NCBI GenBank assembly: GCA_040954595.2
Contig: CM082582.2
Coordinates: 13,762,154-13,826,153 of the forward strand
Source of the DNA: Balanoglossus misakiensis
Lineage: Eukaryota; Animalia; Hemichordata
Direction: 5' to 3'
DNA: 64,000 nucleotides
The notes under the pieces were generated by a model. The model was not told where the DNA came from. It did no database searches and saw nothing but the letters and a program-made list of their open reading frames with translations. Of the stretch, positions 26,260-39,527 are shown piece by piece. Position numbers and translations under genes: made by a program. The first letter of the stretch is position 1. Each line of letters opens with the position of its first letter.

Positions 26260-29200
26260 ATGGCTGATAACGTACGACTGCCAATCCGTTGTCATGGCAA
26301 CGACTTGCTTGGTCTATTCATTCTATTTATTTTACGTACGGCATCTGCTTTTATCGTCGGGAGTTTTGGAGCAACGGAATATTCTTCCTATAGAGATGAG
26401 CTAGGTAATTTTATTGTGTTTGTATTGAAATATCCTCTTAAAATACTGCGTAACATAAAATTGTCGAAAAATGAATCGGTGTAAGCTAATATTAAAGCAA
26501 GCGAGAGACAGAGACAGACATACATGCACACATGGATAGAGAGGTGGGGGAGGGAGAGGTTTTTAAAATATAGGCCCGTATTGCATACTGTTTTGTGATA
26601 TTTTCGGGTGAATTCATTTTAAAGCAAGCCTTTTTCGATTTTGTGTTATTTCACAGTGTTGGCATAATGACGGAATACCAAATATCCTCCAGGTGGCTGT
26701 CGTTGCCATAGAGTCCACTATGCATTACAATAGCTTCCTTCACATCCTTAATACACTTAAAATAATCAAGGAACATGCAAGGAAAATAATTATACGCCGA
26801 ATTACGTTTCCATTCTATAAATGATGGTTCTCCTAATATGTATGAAACTGTCGGTCAATTCAACTGACATTTAGACGGTACAATATATGGGCAACAGCAG
26901 ACACACATCGGGGCCAAGTCGGCTACAGTCACGCACCCTCTTTCAAACCAAATTCAAGGAGCAGTGATCGCGCCACCCATTTAAGTTTGATTCTTTGCAG
27001 TATTATTCTATTGTCAATTTTGTTTCTGACATTTTCTTGTTTTATTCGACTTTTGGTCTGATCAGGATCTTGGGACGGTGATGGCCCGGCTTGCGGAAAT
27101 AATGCCTTCTCTGATGACATTGGAGAAATCACTTCACCCAATTATCCGAAAATATATCCCAACGATGTTTCATGTGAATACGCCATTTCCGTTAATACTG
27201 GGTCGTCTCTCTGGGTAGGTAAATCACTACTTTGGCAAATCATAATAGTATAATGCGCGTGATGTAGCAACCATATTGGCCATGCTGTGCTAGTTGAGAT
27301 TTTTTTCCATCTCATGCAGGTCGCCAGCACGGGGAGGGGGGGGGGGGGTAAAATTATGGTTATTTATATCCACTACATGTATACATGTTTCAAATTACGC
27401 ATACGGAGAACCGAGAAAGAAATAAGCTTATATTCGCGTGAGCACAAATCCATCTCAGACAATTAAGAACCTTAGCCGCATATAATATCGGATTGTCCAA
27501 GATCTGAATGCACCTGATATCGTATATTCCTTCAGAGAACCTTTAAGTGACTGCGTTGACAAGAATCGGTGATACTATCCATCATTTTCGAGACGTTGAA
27601 AGATATCAGTTTCACGCCGTGACATTTCGCTGTACTGCAAATGCGCTCAGTTATACCTGAGTGTACTGTATATAAATGGACTGTCGTCAACCATTAGCAA
27701 TCATTTTGATTTGATGGGTTCTCATTTATATCTTTAGCACAGAAATAAGAGAAAGGAAAAATGACATAAAACTGAAGTAAGGAAAAACCAGACAGAAAAG
27801 CGACAACGATGTCTTCACTAGCTCAGGAGCTGACTGACATGACTAGTCGACTCAAGATTTTCATGTATCAGACCAACTATGAATAGCGTTACAAGTATAA
27901 TAAAATATCTGAAATTATTGCCATTTTTCTCGTTTTATTAACGAAAAATATTCGGATCCCTTCTGCAGTTGCAATTCACAGAACTCAGCCTGGAAAAATC
28001 CGACAACTGCGACTTTGACAGAATAAGCGTCTACAGTGGCAACAACAGCAATGGTGCCTTACTTTGGAAGATTTGTGATTTAAATTCTTCCCAAACAACG
28101 TTTGTTATCAATAGTTCAGATGTCTTCGTCGTCTTCCAGTCGAACCACATTGGAAGCTCTACCGGTTTTCGACTCCTCTACTACGCCTTTGACTCCTTTG
28201 AAGTAAGTCGGAGGAAAAGATACTCATATTACAGTGAGTATAGCTTTTCTGATCAAATCCTGGGCTGCACACATGCGACCAATGAAAAGTATATACCGAA
28301 GTGATATTTAAAAAATTACAAAGGATTTAAATTAACAGTTATTTATGTAAATTCTACTTGCCGCCCACAGTTTGTAACCAAACCATCGGTATGGCCCTCA
28401 GTGGTGAGGTGTTGTCACATCAAGGGTATCCAGGCAACGGTTATCCATATGACGTCACCTGTCGCCTGATCATTGACCCCGGTGGGCGATTCACTGGAGT
28501 GTACGTCACTTTCTTCGATGTGAACCTGAAAGTATTTGTAGGCAAGTTTTAAAATATGGTCATAATATTTTGTGTACAGAAAGAAAGGGGGAATTTTTCT
28601 GCCCGTCCAGTTTTGTCATTCATGATTATGAACCGTTTCACACTTTTACAGACAAAGCACTTGTACAATACCTAGCCTTAAACGAACAACAATACTTGAC
28701 AATGTGCACTAATAATGCAATAATACACTTTGCTAACAGTTACTCCACTCGGACAAAAATGTCCCAGTCCAGCTGAGAAAATTGAGGTATCGCCAGTGAA
28801 CCAGGTCACTGCAGAACTGACTGTGTGTACGAACGAGGCTGACAGATCATCTATAGCTATCAACTCAGCCGTTTCGCTGTCCATGTATACTATGACGCAC
28901 AATAATTACAACTACAGAGGTTTCAAGGCTTTCTTCACTCAGTATTATAATTCCAAAGGTAATTTTCTTTAAAACCTTCTGCATTGACTATTATTATCTC
29001 TATAACATGGCCCCATATCTGTAAATTTAACTTTTCAATGCAAACAGACACTTACACTTGACGCAGGATTTGATGTTTCCGAAAACCTGAGATAATTTCT
29101 AATTTTCCTCCATTGTCTTCACAACAGATGGCAGTGAATCCCCATGTCTTCTTGATGATTTTTACTGTGAAGGGTTGTCAAGATGTATTCCTGGATTCTT

Positions 29201-30054
29201 GAGATGCGATGGAATTGACCACTGTGGAAACCATGCTGATGAGAGAAATTGTCCTTCAGGTGAGATAGCGATCGTTAAACTGTATTACGTTTAATGCTTA
29301 AAATAAACACACAAAAATTAATATATACACGTTTTTCATTCAAATACCAAGATTTTCGTATCCCAGCTGCAGAAGATATCTGCAACCCAGATGAAATATA
29401 TTGTGGTTCTTATGCGTTACCTGATTCAACATGTGTCATCAAGCAAAGGATATGTGATGGAAAGAAGCACTGCGTAAACGGTTTTGATGAACAAAGTTGT
29501 CCTGGCCCCGGTAAGTCGAGCGCCCTCTTGGGTTTGTTTACGCCGCGAGCCAGTCTGTCATATAATGGAGATTAAAGCAGTCATAAAACGGAAAGCGAAT
29601 TCATGATAATTTCAGTGAAAGAGACGGTGTAAATAAAAACACAAGTATACTGTAAGTTTATCACGTTCGAGAATATATGTAAATAGCAACGCCATTTCAT
29701 ATTTTATTTATTTTTTTATTTCTTCTTTAATTCAGGCCGTATGCCCATACTGTAAAAAGCATACAAAAAACAGAAACAACTCCATAAAAAGAGACACAAA
29801 AGAAAAAAAAATCCAATAAACTTAATAAATTGATATTGAACACAAGTACTTGTATTGATTGGCATTTATTTCCACCTACAGAAAATACGGGGTTGTCTGC
29901 CAAGGCGATGGTTGGCGTCATTCTAGGTCTTTTCCAACTCGTCGTTTTGGCTGCCATAGTTACCAGGTATCTGCACCACAGGCGGCGCAAACGCCAGAGA
30001 AACAAAGTGTTGCGCAACACGGGTTATGATGTCGTAAAGGAGTCCCAGACATGA
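26260..30054 (+). CDS. Type I membrane protein: signal peptide-CUB-CUB-LDLa-LDLa-TM-short cytoplasmic tail (Neto/LRP12-like architecture)
   Basis: Exons ~26260-26404 (hydrophobic LLGLFILFILRTASA), 27066-27214 (CG...GEITSPNYPKIYPNDVSCEY, CUB1), 27969-28233 (CDFDRISVY...FQSN...GFRLLY), 28371-28541 and 28740-28958 (CUB2, YRGFKAFF), ~29128-29260 (CIPGFLRCDGIDHCGNHADERNC, LDLa), ~29367-29510 (CDGKKHCVNGFDEQSC, LDLa), 29882-30054 (TM VGVILGLFQLVVLAAIV, RRRKR stop-transfer, YDVV). Phases are compatible; start codon is less certain. Confidence 0.85.
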
Positions 30055-30759
30055 GCTATGTTTAGGAATCAAACTGTATATACCTGGACTTTGAAAGCAA
30101 ACTTATTTCAGATGTTTCCTGAGAAGCAGCAGCACGCCTTTCTTTCGAAGAATACTCTACAAGACTCGACACCACAGCAGTTCAGAAAAGTCATAACATC
30201 ACAGAAAGATCATCCAACATGAAATGGATGACATCTAAAGCAATCGCTGATCGACATTTGTGTACCCATGGGATTTTTGATATTACATTTTACTTTGTGT
30301 ATGCGTAAACAGAGACTCCTTAATTCATGCATACAAAGTAAACCTACATGATCTGTAGGCTTATGTGGACTACTGGTAGTTTAATGTTCATCTTTAAGAT
30401 CATCTTTTGAAAAGAAGAGAATGTGCTGAAATAGCCTACCAATACAGAATGAACGTTTCAAGTGACGTTGCATCATTTTCACGATGAATTTCCGTATCTG
30501 TCCCGTGAAACATATCAAATCTCCATAGTACTTGTATTACCATGCCAAGTCTATCCTTTACGTAATAAACCGTACGGTGAATGTTATGATACACAGAAAA
30601 CATCGTCAGTCCGTTAAACGTGCTCTGTTATTACTTTCAAAACTTAAAATTTGTTCATAAAGCTCACATAGGCCTTAAACGTAATTAACTGTAGTGATAG
30701 CGCAGCCAGCGGCGGGAATGGGGCAGCGTTCTGTTACCCAGAAGTCCACGCGCATTTAT

Positions 30760-30769
30760 GTCACCTGAC
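30760..30769. promoter_or_regulatory. CLEAR-like (TFEB/MITF) element upstream of CTSA
   Basis: GTCACCTGAC, one mismatch from the CLEAR consensus GTCACGTGAC, just upstream of a likely non-coding exon 1 ending at AG|GTAAGG (~30901) of a lysosomal gene. Confidence 0.5.
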
Positions 30770-31438
30770 TTTCAGCTGACTCGCTCTCCTCAGTTGACCT
30801 TGTCTTGTGTTACCACTGTTGGTACGGGTGATACTTCTGCACTCGCTGCATCTGGCATGACAGTTTGAATAGACTCAATTGTGGTATCTGACGAGAAACA
30901 GGTAAGGATGCTTTTTACCGTAGAGATAAGATGGCTACTAGCCGCGGAACTCGGAAGAGTGCCCATGCATGCTAAATCATGGTGTATCGTATGGATGTAC
31001 CACTTGTAGTACATTGCTTGTATTTCCGGTTTCGACAATTCGGCGTCCACAGTTTTCCCTATTGTTTATTACCTGAGAAATTTGATGCCTCGTCCCTACC
31101 CAGACGTGTACGCGAATGCCGTGAGTCCGTAAAGTATTTTTTGTTCAGTAAATGTACACATGTACTGGTACATGTTGATTTCATTTCTAAGCAACTAAAA
31201 TGACAATAGGAGGCGTTTCCCAGTCACACATGCACTTTGAATGCTCTCACTTTGGGTTCTATTCAAAATATGAAAATAAGATATGGAAGCAAGGACCCCA
31301 CTGCATTTGTTCAACTTCTTAGTGGCTGTTAACGGTGATAAAAAAAATCCTTGCGATGTGTATTTGCATGTTTATTTTCAATTCTGTAGTGGTGCTTGCG
31401 GATTTAGAACTCTAAAATCTTATCACAGGGTCAACAAG

Positions 31439-34400
31439 ATGAAGTCTATGAAATTTGTGATCCTAGCCTTCCTTTGTAACATTTGGTTGGTTGTGGGCCT
31501 CAGGCAACTCAAGAACAGTCATGAAATCACATACCTACCAGGGCTGGCCAAGCAACCCAGCTTTAAGCACTACTCAGGATACCTGAAGGCTACAGGAACC
31601 AAAATGCTACATTATTGGTAAGTGATGTATTTCTGTTGGCCTTGATCTTCATTTCTGTGAAAAAAGTAAGAAAAACGTCATTGTGCAGTTTGTACATGAC
31701 ATTCTGGTCCATTCTAATCAGGTACTATTTTATTCTTTTCTTTAGGTTTGTAGAATCTCAAAACAAGCCAACAGCTGATCCTGTCATTCTCTGGTTGAAT
31801 GGAGGACCAGGCTGTAGTTCACTGGATGGCTTACTGTCAGAGCATGGTCCATATATCGTACAACCTGATGGTGTCAATTTACAATACAATGAATACAGCT
31901 GGAATATGGTAGGTCCATTTTAGGATTTAATTTTCATCTTGTTTTCTCCAGATATGCATCTGGTTGAAGAAAAGACAGAACTACCATTTTAGTAAGAACC
32001 ATGTGTTCATCTATAGAGACAGATGGTACAATGTTATGTGAATACAGTCACTTCTTTTCAAAGGAAAACTGTCTATTTGTTAGTTTTTTATACTGACTAT
32101 TGTGTATTTTGTTTTTTCACAACCATGAGACAACCAACACACTGAACACCTTTGTGTGCTTTTTGATTTCTCAGAGAGCCAATATGATCTACTTGGAATC
32201 TCCAGCTGGTGTTGGATTCTCTTACTCAGATGATGGCAACTACACAACAGATGATGACCAGGTATAACATGTGACTCTCATGTGAAAATCATGTGACAAA
32301 CATTTGTCTAACTCAGAACTCTTGTTTCCTTTTGTGCGCCTGATGTGCAAATCTAACCCTAACCCCCACAAGCAGCTGTTCGTATTTCTATTTTTGTCAT
32401 TGTTTTTCAAGGTTGCAGAAGACAACTACCAAGCTTTGAAGAGTTTCTTTGCACTTTACCCTGACTTGGCCAAACTGCCATTTTACATACTTGGTGAAAG
32501 CTATGGAGGTGTTTATGTACCAACATTGGCTATGAAAGTTATGGCTGATACCAGTATCAAATTTCAGGTACAAACTATACTTTTGGACAGATGAAATGAA
32601 CCTAGGTCCAGTCTTGAATTAAATTGTCAAAAACAATACCAGGTATATATCCATATTACAGAAAGTAGACCACAGAACAAAAATACTGAAAAAGCCCAAA
32701 GTTGGCAATATTGTCCTCTGGAGGTAATAAAATTTATCTGGTATTTGACAGGGATTTGCAGTAGGTAATGGTCTCACAAGCTATGAAGATTTGACCAACT
32801 CTCTTGTGTATTTTGCATACTATCATGGACTTTTTGGCTCAAGGTATTCACCTGTTATTTTTTCAGTTTGAATACATTATTGTAGTCCCAGAACAGATGG
32901 CAGTCCATTTCCGTATGTTCATGAATTACTGTTGAGAGTTCAACTACGACTAAGGTTATGCATGATTGCTTGCAAAGTTTGTGATACAGTACATGTACTA
33001 ATTTTTCCTGCAGTCTCTGGTCTAGTCTACAGCAATACTGCTGCACCAATAATGGAACGAAATGCAACTTTTACAACAACTCGAATGTTGATTGTCAGAG
33101 TGGGGTAAGTGTGTCTCCAAGAGAAGCTGCTACTTTTGTGTTGATGACAACTTGATATGTAATATCAACCTTTCCAACATCAATATTTGTTTTAATATTT
33201 CACCCCTGGTTTGCTACTGTTTCCTTTGGTAAAGTTAGACTTATGCTTAGGGATGTTGATAAGGACACTTTCTGTCTATTAACCTGCTCTGTTGCAGCAG
33301 ATTTCATTGCAGAGTATTACTAATTTCACATAACATGAAAATGTTTGTATCTTTCTGTACAGCTCCAGCAAGTATACCACATCATTCAAGATATTGGTTT
33401 GAATCTATATAATCTGTACGCTGACTGTGCGGGTGGTGTGCCAGGCAATTCTGTACACAAAGATTATTTCCAATACTCTATTGGTTTTGATCATATCTTT
33501 AGTGAATATGATTTCAAAAAGAAAGAGCTTCAGGTAATTGTATTGCTCTTGTTTGGTTTGTATAGGAATTGTCGCCATGCCACCAAATTTATTCATTATC
33601 TATAAAATAGTAAAATCGCGTCAAGGACACAGTGGTCCCATTGAGGGATTACACAAGAAAAAGTCTACACCGGAGTACATGGCCATATACAGACAGACAG
33701 ACACACACACACATAGCGAGAGATCAATGGGCAAGCACTGACTGACCCATAAGCTGCCAATGGCATATATACTGTACATACACTAAATAGAACAGCTGGC
33801 CTCTTTAAAACTTAGCCAGTTATGTAATCATTCAGGAATTTGGGAATTTGCTGTGTATATACAAAACCACAGGGGTTTCCTGCCTAATTTAAACAGCTCA
33901 ATAAAGTAAATACACATCACTTTGCAAAGCAATCTGACCAGTAGTTTTTGAGTTACTGAGTTTTGACCAAATTCACATTTTTCCAGCTAATTTGCATATT
34001 TTTGACAATGACAACTTCATTTGAACAAAGTCCCATCTACAGCCCAGCCTGCATCTGCACACCAAATATCAAGGTGATACATGCAGCGGTTTTCAATTTT
34101 TTGATATGGACGGACATACAGACATACATCCATACATACATACAGACGCATCCGATCCCATAAGGTCCCATGGTACATACCAATGGGACCTAATAATGTT
34201 ACATTTAATGCTGATCCCTTGAGGGATTGTATGGGAAATTGATCAGCACAAGTCTAAATAATCCATAAGAAAATGTTTATGTCTCATTACTTTTTAGTAT
34301 GTCTTCCAGTACTTTTCATAGCACATACTTATTTGATTACTTCCTAGATGCTGAAGTACATTCCAAAAGACAGATTAAAAGTTGTGCCACCATGTATCAA

Positions 34401-35273
34401 TGCTACGGCTATCACCAAGTACCTGAATGATCCGTATGTGAAACAGGCGTTACACATCAAAGATGGCCTCCCTGACTGGGAGATTTGCAGGTTGGTGATG
34501 TTTGGCAGTGAGGGTGCTCTTTACCTGAAGCCACATATGGCCTGTTGATATTATTAAGGATACTGTACATGGAAGATTCTGGACACTTCCATTGACAATC
34601 TGAGTGAATCACAATTTGTTTACTTTCTCTGATTTATCTGTACTTATTGCAGTGGTGAAGTTGGAACAAACTACAAAAGGATCTATTTCAATATGCAGAA
34701 CCAGTACTTGGCATTATTAGCAACCTATGTGAGTAGATTATTAGTGGCATTTTTTGTGTGTTGTGCTTTTGTTGGTGCCCATAACACTTTTATGTCAAAA
34801 ATAAAAGGAAAATGACACATGAATAAATACCAATGTTATTTAGATTAACAGATTACATAGTAAGTAGCAAATAAAAAACCTTGTTTCTAACCCACAGAAT
34901 TATCGCATATTAGTGTATAATGGTGATGTGGATATGGCGTGTAATTTCCTTGGTGATCAGTGGTTTGTGGAATCACTGCAACTGGAAGAACAAATTCAGC
35001 GTAGACCATGGTTGTACAATGACGGTACTGATCAGATTGCCGGATTTGTCAAAGAATTTCAAAACCTTGCTGTTGCAACTATAAAGGTAGGCTTTTATGG
35101 TCAGATTGAAAGTTTGGTGTTTCAATAATTCCTGTAGTTGTGATGTAATACTGGTATATAATGTGTGTTCAATGCATTCTTGCTTTCAGGGAGCGGGACA
35201 CATGGCACCGCAGGAGAAACGTAAAGCAATGCAGCAGCTGATCAACAATTATATTGAGAAGACACCGTACTAG
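31439..35273 (+). CDS. CTSA: Lysosomal protective protein / cathepsin A (serine carboxypeptidase S10), multi-exon
   Basis: Signal peptide [20 protein letters not shown]; [17 protein letters not shown]; [13 protein letters not shown]; [13 protein letters not shown]; catalytic Ser GESYGG; [10 protein letters not shown] (Asp); GAGHM (His); ends KTPY* (TAG 35271-35273); GT-AG introns. Confidence 0.96.
33604..34196 (+). mobile_element. Non-autonomous Helentron/DINE-like (HINE) repeat(s) in a CTSA intron
   Basis: (CAGA)n/(CA)n tract at ~33689-33713 and (CATA)n tract at ~34115-34145, followed by a 3' hairpin AGGTCCCAT-GGTACATACC-A-ATGGGACCT (34163-34191) and an AT-rich end. Microsatellite plus subterminal hairpin is the usual DINE/HINE layout; boundaries are approximate. 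Confidence 0.5.
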
Positions 35274-38200
35274 CCGTTATATTAAAACATCACTAACTTA
35301 GTTATCACCGATTAAATCTTTTCATACTTTTAGTTTTACAATAAGCTGATTTTTTTATTTTTACCTCTATTTTCATACTTGTGGTGCTGATCATGATAGC
35401 TTTTTTTCAAGCATTTATAAAAAAGGCTGAATATGTGAGACTTACCGGTACAGGCAGAGCCTTAGGTCACCTTTTCTCTAAAGTCACATCATTTGTGCAT
35501 CTATTTGGAGTCAAGTGTATAAAAACGACCAATCAGAAACAACCTTATGAAAATACTCCAGGTCAGTTAAAAATGTAAGCAATTGCACAAGGTCACAATT
35601 TATTTCATTTCAAAAAGATCTGCATTAAATCTTGTACACAGACCTTAGACGTCAAATTTTAAAACGTCTATTTTATTTTTGAAGTAAAAATCTTTTGCTG
35701 TCTACAGGTCCGCCATTTACCATTGGAAACAATGTGGTTGAACAGGACTGATAAAATCAATATACAAAGGATTTAGTTTCATGTATATGGAGCATCAGAT
35801 TCATTTTCCATGAGATCCAACAATTTGATAATTTGCTCTGTAAATATTCGTAAGTAATTACTCATAAATATATACTGATTACAAAAGGATGGGTAAAGAT
35901 TAAATCAATTGATGCAACAACTAGGACTTCATTTGGTTGGTTGTTTTGCTTTGAAATCTGATGCTAGGACTTACCATCTTTCACTGATCACCAGGCTGAC
36001 CTACCACAACCCAACAATGTTACCGAGGAAATTTTCAGCTGTAAAATAGTTTTCAAAAAAGCATTTGATGTAACTTGTGTGCTCAGATGTCCAAAACACT
36101 GCAACTTGAACTTGCACACAGAATGCATACATAAGGAGAGAAATATCAAACTTTCAAAAAGGTTTATTTCAAAATGAACGTTTGCATATACTTTGGCAGT
36201 TTCTGTAAAAATGTTTACTTACCAACACTTTAAGATGAAACAAGTCAAGGATTCATATTTTCTGTAAAACTACCGGTAACAAAAACAGTCACAAAGGCTA
36301 CCTTATGGGTGACATATCCCTTATGTGGTGGTATGAATCTTTAACTTGTACAGATGTTTCTAGCTAATGTCATTAAAGATAACCACTTTCTTGTGTGGGT
36401 CTCTCTGTGTGTTTTAATGAGGGCAGTGCTACAAACTTTACAAGGAACACATAATTTGAGATATCAGTTGACACCCATAAAGTGTAACAATGTGACTAGT
36501 TTGCCATAAAATGTGACAACTCAAAAACAAAGCCAAAGAAATGATATGGGATATAAAAGTGAAAAGGAAGACTAAAGTAGTCAAAAAAGTTAAATCACTT
36601 GCAAAGTGGAAGGGGAGAAAAATCCAATAGGCCAGAGTGGCAAATCATATTCACTGCTGGACATGGTTTCAGATGAAAATGCTGGCTTTGGGGTATTAAC
36701 TTAGCTCAATCGTATATCTGCATCCGTTTTGTATTACTTTTTCACAAGAATATTAAATGTTCCACACAATTCAGTTTAATTGCAGTTTTGAATAAGCTCT
36801 GAAGCTCTGTTATGTAGATATAATCATTCAACAAGCCAATCTAAATTAAGATTAAGTTTGAACACACCACAGTAAAACATGCAAGTGTGCCAAGACTTAC
36901 CTACATTATTAATAGCTTTCTCATTATCGATATACAATGGTTTTATTTAAATTTCTTCCCGATTTAGCAAATAAGAATGTTTTGTAATGCCACAGAGTAC
37001 AAGGAATGTTTCTAGGCGTCTTTGTGAAAAGGCAATACGGATCAAGAGGTGAAATGAATCTGTCCACTGGCAAGCATAGCGCCAATACAGATAAATGTAA
37101 ACGCCCCTCTCACTGATGAATTGTGTCCAGACAGTGGCTCGATAACACCATTTGCACCATTTTTACAGTTTGACCAAAACCCATGGTCTGATGATGGTTG
37201 GCAATTTGCTGTAATTAGAACTCAAATGTGACAAAATACTTCAAGAAGTCGAATGACACTCCAATGTAATGTGTGAAATGGAGAGGCAACTTAGCAAAAT
37301 GGTTGTGGTGCGTTATAAATGGTGATCACATAAACTAGCTACACATTAATTAGATTTTCATAAAATTGGTTAACATCAAATCATAAAAGTAAAATTCTAT
37401 AAGTTTCAATATAAAATACATTTGTTATAAATATAAATTTAATAACTGTAACACATATCATGCTTTTAGGTAAAGTAACACAATGATTTCAACTTGGACA
37501 TCGATGTGAAATCGCAAACAAAATTACTGTTGTATCAACAACATCCTCGATGAATTACATTTCAGAGTTTGCACATGGTGACAGTTTTTCACCATTTTCA
37601 TCACCTGCTTTGTTTGGAAAATTGAACTAAGGAATAAAAGTCAACTGTTTACAACCAGCCAAATCCTGGTTTTGTATCTCGGGGAGAAGGTAAAGGATTG
37701 GGGACAAAATCAGATGCAATTTCTCTGTAAGTGAAACGTGAAGGACTGCATACACAGTGTAGTTATGAAATAAGTGTGGCTGCTGCTATAAGTGTCATGA
37801 CACAAGTGGTTAGTGATTTATACTGATGTTTGGAAACTACGTACATAGCACACTGTAGTCTCATAAGGAATGAAGCCCACTTGTCCTACCACCATCATGT
37901 CTACACAAAACATGAGCAGCACTCTGAAAACTGCTTTTTATAGATGCGTACAGCTTACTTTTTTTTTCTCAGGCAGGATATAAAATGCAGCACATTAGAA
38001 GAAGAACTAGTGATACGTTTTTTCCAAGTACCCCAGGTAAACAGTTCTGGGTCAGGAAGGTTTCAGTTTCACTTCGAAAAAAAGGCCCTATTCCAGTTCT
38101 GCAAGAGATACGACACTAACATTTCACCAATAATTACCATTGCCTGTAACAACTCACAAACGTAAGCAAATACCTGATGATGACAAAATGCAATACATAA

Positions 38201-39527
38201 ATGGAGGTCCTAGGACATCTCTCCCTTCGTGATTATGTACACTTTTTAATGAACATACCATACATTTCCTTCAAGTTCCACCCATGATCAGGCACAAAAC
38301 AGACCTGATTGATTATATTTTGACTACGGATAAGCACCAGAAAGTCTTAGCATCATGCTGTCAAGAACACGACTGCCAATCTAAGTTGCTTGAATTGGAT
38401 TTAGTTACCTTGCTGAATTTGGTTTTGTAACACTCTTGTAGTATGTGAAGTTGTTTACATTGTATCAAATGACCTGCCCACATATGAATAGACTTGTAAC
38501 TCCTCAATAGAAATTTTGCTGATCCATGATTAAGCACCATATGCAAATAATAAGGCAACATACATGTATTACCCAATTTTAAGAGCCACCAAAGTATGAA
38601 AGCGTAGCAAGATGAAGCATAATGGAAGAAATGTTACTCAAGTTTTAAATATGATTTTGACAATGGGGAAACAAATTAACAAATGAAATATAATCAAAAT
38701 AAAAGTCAACAAAAAAAGTAAACCATATAGTTTGTATATTTTGTAAATCCAGTGGAGTATGGTTTGTATTATTAAAGTAATAGTATGAACAATATGGCTA
38801 TGTGAATATTGAAAAAAATGCAATTCTGTATTTACATGACTAAGTATTTTTGAGTTTTTTTAAATGATTAAATATACAAAAGTCACTAATGATAATAATT
38901 ACATTTTAAATGATATTTTAAACTTGCTGCTTTATTGGGGGGGGGGGGGGGGGTAGAAGGGGTGCATGGTGATGTAGATGGTGGCTGGCAGGCAAATCTA
39001 TGAACTTTGCCAGATGTGGTACATTTAGATATAGGACAGTTCAAGATACTGTCTTTAGTCATTAAAGGCATACAATCACCTCTTACTCTTTGACTAATTT
39101 ACATATACCTCTATATTGGCATATCTCAAGTTTTTACCTCATGTGAGGAAATGTTACTGTGCGTTTTGTGTGTGTGGGTCTATCTATTGGCACGATGTAG
39201 TGGCAAACTTTCCTGTGTGTGGCCACTCAAGTAAAAATCTGTGATGAGAGATTTGAATTAGTGACTGTATACCTTCAAAGAATACTATTCAATCAAGTTA
39301 TGCACATAAAGCTTTAAACCTGATTTCAAATAAAACTTAGAACGAAACAGTTCAAAACTCATGACTGTAAGGAATAAAGTATACTGCAACAATAACAGCA
39401 TTTTGACCCTGTTCTGCAAGACTTCCATAAAACTAGCTTTTAACATACAAAACAAACCATTTATAAATATTTTATAATAAAGTTAAAATAATTTAAAATC
39501 ACAAAACTTTAACGCCACTTCCTTTTT

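Noticed and set aside
32353-32365. CTAACCCTAACCC in a CTSA intron as telomerase RNA template or interstitial telomere
   Set aside because: Only about two repeats inside a ~150-bp intron, with no supporting structure.
35274-39527. Additional gene between CTSA and the TIN2-like gene
   Set aside because: AT-rich with only short unrecognisable ORFs; consistent with convergent 3' UTRs and intergenic DNA.
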